A DNA stretch of 64,000 nt from a virus (taxonomy: Duplodnaviria > Caudoviricetes). Below are positions 17,014-26,451 of this stretch, one piece after another. The DNA is taken from IMG/VR virus record IMGVR_UViG_3300042888_002988, positions 1 through 64,000 of that record, one strand, 5' to 3'. The stretch's first letter is position 1; each line of letters begins with the position of its first letter. The notes under the pieces were generated by a model. It did not search any database. It worked only from the letters and a program-made list of their open reading frames with translations, and was not told the origin of the DNA. A program made the position numbers and the translations under genes.

Positions 17014-17391
17014 ATGCCTGAAAAATCATTCGTCAGTCAGTCCATGGCAGTATGCCCGGTGTGTGCCAAGGAGCACGCCACGGGCATACTGTTCAACCAG
17101 CGCCTACGCCACACGCTCGATCCCAAAACCGTCACCGGCTGGGAAATGTGCCCAGAGCATCAGAAGATGAAGGACGAGGGATACATTGCCCTGGTCGGCA
17201 TCGACCACGCCAAGTCGGACGTCGGCCTCACTCTGGGTGGGGTCTGGCGGATCGGTATGTTCGCGCACCTGAGGGGGCACGTATGGCCGCAGATCTTCAA
17301 CGTGCCACCGCCGGAGAAGAAGCTGTGCTTCGTGGACAAGGACACGCTCGACCTGCTTGCGAAGATCCCGCAGGAAGGAGCCGCAGGATGA
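17014..17391 (+). CDS. hypothetical protein with Cys motifs
   Basis: CPVC and CPEH motifs; 125 aa. Confidence 0.6.
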   Translation: MPEKSFVSQSMAVCPVCAKEHATGILFNQRLRHTLDPKTVTGWEMCPEHQKMKDEGYIALVGIDHAKSDVGLTLGGVWRIGMFAHLRGHVWPQIFNVPPPEKKLCFVDKDTLDLLAKIPQEGAAG

Positions 17392-17591
17392 CAGAGCTAC
17401 TCAACCCGTTGTTTCAGGCGACCATTCTTGGTGACGGCTCGCACTACATCGAGGTCGACGGGAACATGATACCGCTGGTCTCCCGGTCAGCGACTGATCG
17501 GCTGCGGCACGGCGACCGGGCGACGGTCTACATCACCGACACCGGCTACGTGGACCTGCCTACCAACGTGCGATGGCACCGAAAAAATTGA
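17388..17591 (+). CDS. hypothetical protein
   Basis: AAGGAG upstream; ATGA overlap. Confidence 0.55.
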   Translation: MTELLNPLFQATILGDGSHYIEVDGNMIPLVSRSATDRLRHGDRATVYITDTGYVDLPTNVRWHRKN

Positions 17592-17603
17592 ACCCACCAA
17601 CCT

Positions 17604-17723
17604 ATGACATTACTGATTGCCTTGATGCTGCTGCACCTGCTGGGTGTAGCGAACTTCTGGTCTGTGCTGGGAGTGCTGATCGTATGGATCGGTCACATCT
17701 TCTGGCACGGCACCGCTAAATAA
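17604..17723 (+). CDS. 39-aa membrane peptide
   Basis: Translated by hand: MTLLIALMLLHLLGVANFWSVLGVLIVWIGHIFWHGTAK; below the ORF-track cutoff. Confidence 0.55.
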   Translation: MTLLIALMLLHLLGVANFWSVLGVLIVWIGHIFWHGTAK

Positions 17724-17730
17724 TTCTTCC

Positions 17731-17860
17731 GCCCCTGACGACGGGGGCGCTGCGCACACGCCGGCTAGGGCCGGCCGATTCCAGGGGAGAAGACACGGAC
17801 CTAGAGCCGCCCTTCTCCTGACCCGGGCGAGATGCCGGGGACTCACCGTTTGTCAGGGGC
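17731..17860. ncRNA. candidate structured RNA (four-way junction)
   Basis: Closing stem GCCCCTGAC/GTCAGGGGC plus three internal hairpins; fills the intergenic gap. Confidence 0.5.
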
Positions 17861-17875
17861 ACAACCCCGACAAAC

Positions 17876-19057
17876 ATGAGTAAGAAATACACACTACCAA
17901 CCAACTGCTCGATCGAGCGCGTTGGCACCACCAAGCGCGATCGCGCTTTCCGTCTCATCTTTCAAGCCGACGAAGGCGAGGACTACGTGTCCGAAGTCTA
18001 CGTGCCGGAGAAGGGAGAGACTATCCAGAAGGCCGCATACCATGTGTGCCTGAAGTTCGATTGGGATCGGAATCCGCCCGGCTCCAAGGGCCGGCTGATC
18101 TCCAGTCTCAAGGAGTTCCTCGACTGGCGTGGCTGCGGGGATGACCCGTATCGTTGGGCCAGAGCCTACTACAAGTATACGGACTGCGGTCCTTGGGTGA
18201 ACTTCCTGGAGCTGGTCAAGCCGGCCCACGAGATCAACCACCCGTCGGTCGTAGCGGTCCTGCGCAAGGTCCGCGGCAAGGTCAAGCTGATGAACCCTGA
18301 GCAAGTGGATCCGACCTACCTCCAGCTGCTGGCGCTCGATGAGCACGGGCTGGATAAGAAAGAGCGGAAGTGGGACCACTACTGCAAACTGGTGGAGGAC
18401 TACATCGCCGACGAGGCCAAGCAGGCGCGCACGAAACGCACGCTGACCTTGGTCAAAAAGACGGAGACCGAACTCCACCTGCAGCAGCCGGCCCGCACCG
18501 AATACGTGGAAGCCGATTACAAGGAGGTCTATTACGAGGACCTCGGCCGCGGCTCGGTCACACTGGACCCGGAGCGCTGCTGCGGCATCCAATTTGGATC
18601 GATCGTCGAGGGCAGTGAGCAGTGCTCCGGCCCCTTCAACCACATGTTCCCGTTCTGGTCGTCCGAGTGGACGCGGGACGAGGAATACATGGAGAAGGAG
18701 ACCAGCTTCTACTGGAAGCGCGACAACGCCTCCTGGTATCGCGTCCGCACTGAGGACGAGGAGTGGGTCGTGGCCAACGTGTGGGGCGACATCGAATGGG
18801 AGGACGACGGCCTGAGTGACGGCGGCTCTGAGATTCCGCCCGACATCAAGGCGCTGGCTGAGGAGGCCATCAAGAATGACTGGCAGAAGGACGAAGAGAA
18901 TTCGTGCTTCATCCATCAGACCATCCCGCGTATGCCCAACGAGTTCGGCTGGGGTTGTCGCCCCAAGCCGAAGGAAGGAGAAGAATGGAAGGCGATGCCG
19001 CTCGGGAACACCGGCGCGGAGATCTACACCTTCGAGGACGACACCGTATTCGATTAA
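17876..19057 (+). CDS. hypothetical protein
   Basis: 393-aa ORF with strong third-position GC bias. Confidence 0.75.
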   Translation: MSKKYTLPTNCSIERVGTTKRDRAFRLIFQADEGEDYVSEVYVPEKGETIQKAAYHVCLKFDWDRNPPGSKGRLISSLKEFLDWRGCGDDPYRWARAYYKYTDCGPWVNFLELVKPAHEINHPSVVAVLRKVRGKVKLMNPEQVDPTYLQLLALDEHGLDKKERKWDHYCKLVEDYIADEAKQARTKRTLTLVKKTETELHLQQPARTEYVEADYKEVYYEDLGRGSVTLDPERCCGIQFGSIVEGSEQCSGPFNHMFPFWSSEWTRDEEYMEKETSFYWKRDNASWYRVRTEDEEWVVANVWGDIEWEDDGLSDGGSEIPPDIKALAEEAIKNDWQKDEENSCFIHQTIPRMPNEFGWGCRPKPKEGEEWKAMPLGNTGAEIYTFEDDTVFD

Positions 19058-19072
19058 CACCGCCACCCACAC

Positions 19073-19345
19073 ATGCCCACCCCGCTAGAAACCGGGGCCT
19101 GCCGCACATGCCGCAGGCCCATATTCCGCCGGGGTGGTGCCTGGCTGCACGACTATCGACTGTTTGACGACCGCCACCCCGCCGAGCCGCGCCTGGATCC
19201 AGAAGGTCCGGAGTGCGCCGGCAGGGTGGCGGAGCGCAAGCGCGGAGAGATGTTCAGCGGCATGCTCGATGCCGCCGGATTCCCCGGTGGCGCTCCTGGC
19301 ACGTGGGTCACCCTAGGAACCAAAGAACCATACATCCAACAATGA
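19073..19345 (+). CDS. hypothetical protein
   Basis: 90-aa ORF with CRTC motif. Confidence 0.55.
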   Translation: MPTPLETGACRTCRRPIFRRGGAWLHDYRLFDDRHPAEPRLDPEGPECAGRVAERKRGEMFSGMLDAAGFPGGAPGTWVTLGTKEPYIQQ

Positions 19346-19668
19346 CATCCAAGCCCGATCCCCAAGCGCCCACCTTCAACTTCCGCAACACTCCTACCGC
19401 GTGGCGTGCGGTGGACCTGCCCACCACGAAGAACATCGCCAAGAAATGCACGAGTGGAATGGACTTCGTTGGCTGCAGCAAGTCGCTCATCTACGAGTGC
19501 GTCGCCAAGCCGTTCAATTCCACTCAGTCGAACGCGCGCAAGTTCGTCCATCTAATGGACGCCGCGGCGAGGATCCTCCCACGTTTGCAGCGTGATATGG
19601 ACACGCAGCTCAGCATCAAATTGAACGAACTCGCGTCGCAGTTCGATGCCGACCAGCACCCGACGTGA
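19342..19668 (+). CDS. hypothetical protein
   Basis: ATGA-coupled ORF. Confidence 0.6.
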   Translation: MTSKPDPQAPTFNFRNTPTAWRAVDLPTTKNIAKKCTSGMDFVGCSKSLIYECVAKPFNSTQSNARKFVHLMDAAARILPRLQRDMDTQLSIKLNELASQFDADQHPT

Positions 19669-20165
19669 AGATCATCGAGATAGGCCGCCATAAGTGGCGC
19701 GTGCAAGTAGACGACGACTTCGTGCGGCCGGAAGGCTACAGCCTCAGCGTCGGCGCCTCCGGTTATGTGAAGATGCTTCGCACCACCGGTGTGCGCAGGC
19801 CCAGCGGCACCTACGTCTACGAAGAGGACTACCTGCACCGATGGATCACGAAGGCGCCCAAGGGGCAGGTGGTGCTGTTCATCGACAACGACCGGCTCAA
19901 CCTCCAGCTGAGTAACCTGGTGGTGTGCGAACGCGCACTCAGTATCCGTCACACCGGCGGCAGGAGCGGGCGGTTCAAAGGTGTCCACTTCAGCAAGAAG
20001 GCAATGAAGTGGGTCGCGCAGATCACGTGCAACTACAAATGCCTCACGCTGGGGTCGTTCGATACCGAGGAGGCCGCAGCCTCCGCCTACAACCAAGCTG
20101 CGGTCCGCCTCTACGGCGCCCACGCCTATATCAACCTCATGCCGGAGGATCCCCGCGGCATCTAA
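19665..20165 (+). CDS. HNH-AP2 family protein, HNH catalytic residues apparently lost
   Basis: YLHRWI..AP.G then LFIDNDRLNL..SNL where DHINGD.LDN..SNL is expected; AP2 domain FKGVHF...KWVAQI...LGSFDTEEAAASAYNQAA. Confidence 0.85.
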   Translation: MKIIEIGRHKWRVQVDDDFVRPEGYSLSVGASGYVKMLRTTGVRRPSGTYVYEEDYLHRWITKAPKGQVVLFIDNDRLNLQLSNLVVCERALSIRHTGGRSGRFKGVHFSKKAMKWVAQITCNYKCLTLGSFDTEEAAASAYNQAAVRLYGAHAYINLMPEDPRGI

Positions 20166-20172
20166 CAAACAC

Positions 20173-20445
20173 ATGCAGCACTTCTATAGAGACGTCCCTG
20201 GACTTGGCCACGTGGCCCTAAGCCGCCACGCCCAAGCCAGAGCAGAAGAGGAAAGGTTCTCCGAAGAGATGGTGCGCCAAGCACTACTGGAACCGGACAG
20301 CCCGGACATACCTGACGGTCACAACGTCCTGTTCCGAAGCCGCGGCCTTCTGCGGTTTGTAATCAATCGCCGACCCACGCCGTTCCGCGGCGCGAGCCTC
20401 GTCACGACCATCATCAGAATCAAACCACAAGCCCGAACCAAATAA
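20173..20445 (+). CDS. DUF4258-like small protein
   Basis: LSRHAQARAEE N-terminal motif and LVTTI C-terminal strand. Confidence 0.5.
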   Translation: MQHFYRDVPGLGHVALSRHAQARAEEERFSEEMVRQALLEPDSPDIPDGHNVLFRSRGLLRFVINRRPTPFRGASLVTTIIRIKPQARTK

Positions 20446-20449
20446 TCAA

Positions 20450-21058
20450 ATGGCCAAATACAAATGCGACAACTGCGATCACATCGCCAACGAAGAAGAC
20501 CTGCCGGACGCAAAGGATCTACCCATGCGCCTCACGCCCGGCTACGCATACACCGACAAGGAATGTCCAGAGTGTGAAGAGCACGCACTCTGCTTTCCTG
20601 TAGGGGACAAGTTCAAGCAGCCGGCCGCGCCCGCTATCGATGCGTTCTCCAAGGACGATCTGTTGGCGATCCTGGAGGCAGCCCGCGTGGCGCTGAAGGA
20701 CGAGCGCACGGCTGTCAGGATTGCGGACGCCATGGACGAGTCCGACCGCCGCATAGCCGAGCTGCGAGACAAGCTTGAGGCCGTCATGCAGTCGGACGTG
20801 TCGCTGTTTGCGCCGACCACGAAATTCATCGTGTGCGAGGTGATCGAACAGAAGCCGGCCGTCAGCCTTCACGACACCGAGGAGGAGGCGCTGGATCATG
20901 CAGCGCAGTGCGCACTGGAGAACCTAAAGGATCCGGATGATGACGAGGACAACGAAGTCACCCGGGCAAGTTTCAGGGATCAGCTGACCGAGGATGACCG
21001 CATCTGCGAGGGTGACTACGAGATCTACATACTCACCCCAACCAATCGCCCACGATGA
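20450..21058 (+). CDS. hypothetical protein with N-terminal zinc ribbon
   Basis: CDNC...CPEC motifs. Confidence 0.65.
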   Translation: MAKYKCDNCDHIANEEDLPDAKDLPMRLTPGYAYTDKECPECEEHALCFPVGDKFKQPAAPAIDAFSKDDLLAILEAARVALKDERTAVRIADAMDESDRRIAELRDKLEAVMQSDVSLFAPTTKFIVCEVIEQKPAVSLHDTEEEALDHAAQCALENLKDPDDDEDNEVTRASFRDQLTEDDRICEGDYEIYILTPTNRPR

Positions 21059-21390
21059 GCGCGCCCACGACAGAAGTTGGCTGGTGCGATCTCGTTCGGT
21101 GGATGGCGCCGGCCCAGGGCGCCAAGTGCGACGACGGCCTGTATCGCGACCGGGATTGGTGGGATACCTATTTCGACGACCGCTTCAAGAAGCTCGAGGA
21201 AAGATTCGAACCCGATGGGTTCATGATGCTGGAGAATCAGATGCTGGATTCTCATAAACTGGGACGCCGCTTCATTCTGCCGTTCGGTGGAAGGAGCAGT
21301 AACCAGCGCGCGCCTCAGCATCCGTTCAGCATCGACGGAACGGCGTCAGGCACTGTCTGCGTCGTAGGAGTTCATCACGTAAAAAAGTAA
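21055..21390 (+). CDS. hypothetical protein
   Basis: Coupled ORF. Confidence 0.6.
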   Translation: MSAPTTEVGWCDLVRWMAPAQGAKCDDGLYRDRDWWDTYFDDRFKKLEERFEPDGFMMLENQMLDSHKLGRRFILPFGGRSSNQRAPQHPFSIDGTASGTVCVVGVHHVKK

Positions 21391-21392
21391 CC

Positions 21393-21857
21393 ATGAAATA
21401 CATAGTTAAATGCAAATCGATCGTCCCTTTTGACAAGCTTCATCCGCTGGATCAAAAGGAAGGACCGCCTGACCGGACAGAGTGGAAATGCGACACCGAG
21501 GACCAAGCCTTGGATGCGTTCCATTCAACGCACCCCATCAAGGTGCTGGACAACTTCGAGATCACGGTCGTCCACTACCTGGAGGAGGCACCTGCAAGCC
21601 TGGAGACTTGGTCCGTTGACGAAGTCGCCGAGTGCCTTGAAGGCATCAGTATGGACACCTACCAAGAGCTCTGGTCAGCTCTGGTGGAGTCCGAGAAGAA
21701 CGGGACGATGAAGCCCTCCGGCGGTGACGGTAGCGACGGCACCTTTGAGGAGCCTGTCATCACCTCGGGAGAATACGGGTCCGACCTTGTGGCTGCATGG
21801 CCCAAGCTGTCGGACGAAGCCAAGCGTCAGATCCACGAAGCCGCCGCCAACCGATGA
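21393..21857 (+). CDS. hypothetical protein
   Basis: 154-aa ORF. Confidence 0.65.
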   Translation: MKYIVKCKSIVPFDKLHPLDQKEGPPDRTEWKCDTEDQALDAFHSTHPIKVLDNFEITVVHYLEEAPASLETWSVDEVAECLEGISMDTYQELWSALVESEKNGTMKPSGGDGSDGTFEEPVITSGEYGSDLVAAWPKLSDEAKRQIHEAAANR

Positions 21858-22141
21858 TAGTATCCAAGCAATACGGGCCTCAGTTCGACGCGAGCGACGG
21901 CACCATCGGCGAGATCCAATTAGTGCTTCGCTACGTGCTGGTCAGCGGCGAGGACGCCAGCATGTGGACTTCCAGGCAGGGGCGATGCACCCACGCGACG
22001 CTGAAGGAGGCCAGCGACGCGGCTGCACTTTACAAGGCGAGCAATGCGCCAGACCGAGTGCCAAGCGATTTGCGGCCGGCCCCTTGGTGGTGCTACCCCG
22101 GACATTTCGATCCCTGCGGACCAGCCAGTAAAGAATCATGA
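21854..22141 (+). CDS. hypothetical protein
   Basis: ATGA-coupled ORF. Confidence 0.5.
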   Translation: MIVSKQYGPQFDASDGTIGEIQLVLRYVLVSGEDASMWTSRQGRCTHATLKEASDAAALYKASNAPDRVPSDLRPAPWWCYPGHFDPCGPASKES

Positions 22142-22407
22142 GTCCCAGCTCGCAATTTGTCGGCACCTGCATCGGCCTGCGCGCCCAGGACCTTCACGCC
22201 TACGACGACACGGAGCGCGCCATCACCTACCGCACCTTCCGCTCCCATGTGGGGCTGGAGGTGACGGCGGAGATCAACACCTGGGCCGGGTGGCCTGGGA
22301 CGCACTTCTCCAATGACGGATGCATCCGTTACGGGAAGGGCAAGTGGAAAGGGAAACCAGCGGCGTGCATGCATCACTCCGGAATTCATCACATATGGCT
22401 CGTCTGA
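22138..22407 (+). CDS. hypothetical protein
   Basis: ATGA-coupled ORF. Confidence 0.6.
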   Translation: MSPSSQFVGTCIGLRAQDLHAYDDTERAITYRTFRSHVGLEVTAEINTWAGWPGTHFSNDGCIRYGKGKWKGKPAACMHHSGIHHIWLV

Positions 22408-22589
22408 CATTCGACAAAGTATGCGCGACCGCAGCGGCCGTCTCCTGCCTTAGTGCGGGGCAGACGTTCGCGGAGATCGCCAAGAGCGCCGGCCGCCACC
22501 CTTCCACGATCCGTCGATGGGTCAGGCAGGCTGGCTTCCGTAAGGTAGGAAGCATTTACATCACACACCAATGGCCAAAACCACATTAA
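22395..22589 (+). CDS. small helix-turn-helix protein
   Basis: GQTFAEIAKSAGRHPSTIRRWV is an HTH signature. Confidence 0.65.
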   Translation: MARLTFDKVCATAAAVSCLSAGQTFAEIAKSAGRHPSTIRRWVRQAGFRKVGSIYITHQWPKPH

Positions 22590-23209
22590 CCTGGGAGACC
22601 TTAGTCTCCATTATGAACAGCGCCGGCGTTATCGTCGTCGACGAAAGAACCCCAGTCTACCCGGAGGCCTCCGATCCGGAGACATACGGTCTGAAGACGT
22701 TCCACGACGAACTGTATTGCCTCATTCACAAGCGGGACAACACGGAGGTGGACGCCGACGGCGCCTGCGCCTGGGTGGTATCCCACACCGGCGGGGAGCC
22801 GATGATGATGGCCTTCTACCGCACGTGGGTAGTTGCCGACGACCTGACTCTGAAGCAAGAGCAGGATAAGCGCGACGGCGACGCTCGGCGCGCCTACGAG
22901 AACCAGTTCGTGCGCGGGGCCAAGTTCCGCATTGTCAAGGCCGGCGCCAACATCTCCGGCATGGTTCCCATCGCTCCCTACACGCAGCAGGGCTTCCGCG
23001 AGGGGCTGGCGGTCGGCACCGTCCTGCAGTGCGCTGGTAGCTCCATGACATCTGGTGACGGCATACCGGCCATCAAGTGGCTCCGCGAGGACGGCAAGAG
23101 CATCTGCAACGACGCTGTGTTCTCCCACGTCCAGGGCGGAATGTGGAGCGGGCAATACCCGGCGCCAGGTTGGATGGAACTCATACCCGTGGAGGTCCCC
23201 GCAGTATGA
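22571..23209 (+). CDS. hypothetical protein
   Basis: 212-aa ORF. Confidence 0.65.
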   Translation: MAKTTLTWETLVSIMNSAGVIVVDERTPVYPEASDPETYGLKTFHDELYCLIHKRDNTEVDADGACAWVVSHTGGEPMMMAFYRTWVVADDLTLKQEQDKRDGDARRAYENQFVRGAKFRIVKAGANISGMVPIAPYTQQGFREGLAVGTVLQCAGSSMTSGDGIPAIKWLREDGKSICNDAVFSHVQGGMWSGQYPAPGWMELIPVEVPAV

Positions 23210-23817
23210 ACCCGCAGGAGTTCCAAGAGCAATGGGAGAAGGTCGCGCCGGTGGTGCTGGCTCTCACGCAGCAGATACGACTCGAGACGCCGCTGTCAGC
23301 GGATGCCTCGAGTCACGAACACATGTCCGAGCGGGCAGCGCGCCACATTCGCCTGCACCGCGCCCGCCACGAGGTGTCGGAGCTGCTGCACGAGCACGGG
23401 CTGCAGCTCCACGATACCATACCGGGCTGGCTGCGCTACGAAGACGCTGACGAAAGTCTGATGGACTTCTGGCGTCGCTCGGCCCGCTACAAATCGTGCG
23501 GCGACGAGGCTCTCCAAGCGGAGATCATGGCGCAGGACTGGAAGGTCGTGAGGATCAACGCGCCGGCGTGGTTCGACGATCCAGAGTTCCTCAAGTGGTT
23601 GAATCGCCCAGGCACCGCTACCTGGCACCGCTCAGGAACGGAACCGGGCGACTACTCGGACGTGTTCTTCACGTTCTGTCAGGGCGAAGGATCAGACTAC
23701 CCCGGTAGCGAGGATCCCGGCATACCGGATGCGATTTGGAAACACCTGGAGTTCATCGTCGCGGAGCAGCATGGCTGGGACGCGGAGGTGTTGGTCTGGG
23801 TCAGCAATTTACGGTGA
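23206..23817 (+). CDS. hypothetical protein
   Basis: ATGA-coupled ORF. Confidence 0.65.
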   Translation: MNPQEFQEQWEKVAPVVLALTQQIRLETPLSADASSHEHMSERAARHIRLHRARHEVSELLHEHGLQLHDTIPGWLRYEDADESLMDFWRRSARYKSCGDEALQAEIMAQDWKVVRINAPAWFDDPEFLKWLNRPGTATWHRSGTEPGDYSDVFFTFCQGEGSDYPGSEDPGIPDAIWKHLEFIVAEQHGWDAEVLVWVSNLR

Positions 23818-24629
23818 TGCTTGATTCCAGCATAATGAATGCGATGGCGCCGGAGGTGCGGGAGCGGTTCATCCGGCGCCTAAGGCAGCTGGAACAGGAG
23901 CAGGCGGAGCAAGCGTTTGAGGAGTGGCAACGCAAGCGCCGAGGACCGAACCTGAGGGAGTGGCGGGCGTCGTATGAAAAACCGCCGGAGCTGACTGAGT
24001 GGGCCAAGCACCTACTGGCGAAGAGCAAGACGCGCCAGGAGCGCATGGAGGCGGCTCGCCAGTCGCAGGATCTGAATCGCCAGTGCGAGGATATTGAGAT
24101 GCGGAAGGCGCGAAAGGCACGCGCGAAAGTCTACGCCAAGAAGCGTGCCAGCGTCCGCAAAGCGGAGAAGGCCGCCGCCAAACAGCGCGCCTTAGTCCAA
24201 GAGGCCCGGCAGCGGAAACTCGAGGATACACGACGACTGTCGGCCGCTGAGCGAGAGGCGAAGGCGGGCAAGCGTAAGGCTGAGAAGGCGGCTCGGCGAG
24301 AGCATGAGGAATCGTTCGCCGATCGACAGATGCGCGCCGCTTACCTGGCACACCTGAACGAGAAAGCGGAGCGATACTTTGCCAACAAGCTGGAGCAGCC
24401 GCTTCCGGGGGTGTCGATGACGCCATACAACACCTACGGCGGTCCGACCTACAAAGCGCCCGGCATGCGCGACGAGGACGAGTGGGACGCCTACTGGAGG
24501 CTCGGTGACGGGATGGGCTTGTCCAGAACGGACCAGCTTCCGTCGGAGTGGATACACAAACACAGAAATGACGCGTCACCATCATGGTGGGCTGACGCGT
24601 CCATGAGGCACATCGCAAAATTCGACTGA
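23817..24629 (+). CDS. Arg/Lys/Glu-rich coiled-coil protein
   Basis: TGATG overlap; highly charged helical sequence. Confidence 0.6.
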   Translation: MLDSSIMNAMAPEVRERFIRRLRQLEQEQAEQAFEEWQRKRRGPNLREWRASYEKPPELTEWAKHLLAKSKTRQERMEAARQSQDLNRQCEDIEMRKARKARAKVYAKKRASVRKAEKAAAKQRALVQEARQRKLEDTRRLSAAEREAKAGKRKAEKAARREHEESFADRQMRAAYLAHLNEKAERYFANKLEQPLPGVSMTPYNTYGGPTYKAPGMRDEDEWDAYWRLGDGMGLSRTDQLPSEWIHKHRNDASPSWWADASMRHIAKFD

Positions 24630-24643
24630 CTGTTAATTATATT

Positions 24644-25504
24644 ATGAATCCTATTACACAACTTGATCCAATCGCCAAGCCCAAGACCAAATTCACCATC
24701 CTCGCTGTGCGTGGCAACATGTTCGGCGGCGCTACGCGTGGCTTAGCTGTCTCTCAAGGATGGCTTCCAACTAACAGAGGAGGAATGTCTCTGTTCTTTA
24801 ACGCGCCGCGCAAGCGTAAGCCAATCCCGCTAATGGGCCTCCTCCTGGAAGGTGCGATTATCCTGAAGGGGCACGAGGAATCCCGTCCGATCTTTGAAGG
24901 CCACGCGCGTTCTGTCGACGGTTGGACGTCCTCGCTCGGAGAATGCGGGCGCTTCATCGACTACGACGGGGAGGGCGCAGACGCGTTGATCGCCTATCTG
25001 AAGAAGCATCTGTTACTGCACACGCTCACCGATCTCCACAATATCGTGCTGTTGGATGAGCGACCCAACGGCAGATCAGCGAGCGATCGCGCCATTGCTG
25101 ACCCGGACTTCAAGCGCAAGCTGCTGGAAGCTCTGGGGCCGGCCGTGGAGATCGCGCCGCCCGCTCCGGGTGTGCCGGAGCGAAAGTCGCTGCTGACTCC
25201 CAAGATGAAGCTGCAGCTGCTGGAAGCCGAGGAGAAGGGCAGCCCCACGCATCCGCTGTTCAAGATCTTCTCGCCGGAGGGAGCATCCACCTGGTTGCTG
25301 TGCGGGATGGACCCGGATGAGGACACCCTATGGGCGGTGTGCGACATCGGTCAGGGCATCGTGGAGTATGGGACAGTCAGTCTGCGCGAGCTGGAGACTG
25401 CCCGCACGCCGATGCTCAAACTGCACATGGAGCGCGACCTCCACTTCGATGGGTCCAAGATGCTCATCGAGGACCTGTTGTCCAAAACCTCACTCACCGC
25501 CTGA
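24644..25504 (+). CDS. protein with C-terminal DUF2958-like domain
   Basis: KIFSPEGASTWLL...TLWAVCDIGQGIVEYGTVSLREL. Confidence 0.7.
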   Translation: MNPITQLDPIAKPKTKFTILAVRGNMFGGATRGLAVSQGWLPTNRGGMSLFFNAPRKRKPIPLMGLLLEGAIILKGHEESRPIFEGHARSVDGWTSSLGECGRFIDYDGEGADALIAYLKKHLLLHTLTDLHNIVLLDERPNGRSASDRAIADPDFKRKLLEALGPAVEIAPPAPGVPERKSLLTPKMKLQLLEAEEKGSPTHPLFKIFSPEGASTWLLCGMDPDEDTLWAVCDIGQGIVEYGTVSLRELETARTPMLKLHMERDLHFDGSKMLIEDLLSKTSLTA

Positions 25505-25875
25505 TGCCGCGCACCCTATTCGCAAACCGGTCGCTCTTCCAGATCGGCACCAAGGCCGCCATCGTCGACATCCCTCCCAACTACAGCGCGGCGGACTGGG
25601 ACAAGGCGTTCGACGATTTCGCTACTCGCTGCAAGAAGAAGGGCCACATACCCGCCGTGCACACCTTGTATGAGGACCAGAAGCACTACGGCGTCTATTA
25701 CTCCTGGGGGCTGGCCAACATCGACGGCGCGTGGTTCATCGTCCACCCCCTGCCAGACACTGACCCGGAGGATGTGAAGCGGTGCGTCAGCAAGATCCGA
25801 AACGAACAGGACGTCGTGCGGCTGCACGTCCGGCCTGTGAAGCAGTGGGTCGAATTCAAACTCCCAGCACGATGA
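25504..25875 (+). CDS. hypothetical protein
   Basis: TGATG-coupled ORF. Confidence 0.6.
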   Translation: MPRTLFANRSLFQIGTKAAIVDIPPNYSAADWDKAFDDFATRCKKKGHIPAVHTLYEDQKHYGVYYSWGLANIDGAWFIVHPLPDTDPEDVKRCVSKIRNEQDVVRLHVRPVKQWVEFKLPAR

Positions 25876-26237
25876 GCAGACACACACCCGCGAAAGGCAG
25901 CCTCACTCGATCCTTCGGGAACGAGGAGGGCGAGGAGCTGGTAGTGGAGCTGGACGCAGCGGGGTTCGTGGTGTTTCGCCGCGAGCCCCTCTTCCGCCGG
26001 CTCAAGCGTGGCGAGAAACTCCCTGAGCTGCGCCTGAAGGTGGCAGACGTCATGGAGGATCTGTCCAAGCCCCAGGTAGACATCGGCGAGGCCGAGGACG
26101 TCCTTGAGAAGCTGCTGAAGAAGCTGCCGATCGCCAAGTTCGAGGGGGATAACCCTGAGAAGATCGCCTACCACATGAAGGTGTGGATTATGAAGAACCT
26201 CAAGGAGCACATCGAATCCCACAAAGCCAATGCCTGA
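25872..26237 (+). CDS. hypothetical protein
   Basis: ATGA-coupled ORF. Confidence 0.6.
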   Translation: MSRHTPAKGSLTRSFGNEEGEELVVELDAAGFVVFRREPLFRRLKRGEKLPELRLKVADVMEDLSKPQVDIGEAEDVLEKLLKKLPIAKFEGDNPEKIAYHMKVWIMKNLKEHIESHKANA

Positions 26238-26451
26238 AATTACACACACGGTCAAAGTGACCGTTCACCGACAGTCTCAAAGGTCCGCTGACTTCACTGT
26301 CGCGGTGACCGGCGAGACCGACATGGACACAGTCAGAGCCCTCGCAGAATCCAAAGCGATCGAGCTGGCCGCCGACACTGACTTCAATCAGTTCGGTGAA
26401 GAAGACGTTACCTATGAAGTAGACATCCACAACATCACCACCAATGAATAA
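26230..26451 (+). CDS. hypothetical protein
   Basis: 73-aa ORF. Confidence 0.55.
   Translation: MPEITHTVKVTVHRQSQRSADFTVAVTGETDMDTVRALAESKAIELAADTDFNQFGEEDVTYEVDIHNITTNE

Noticed and set aside
17735-17741. CTGACGA resembling a hammerhead core, and GGGGAG/GGCGAGA resembling yybP-ykoY
   Set aside because: There is no GAAA partner with the right stems, and the pairing pattern conflicts with yybP. Kept only as an unassigned structured RNA.
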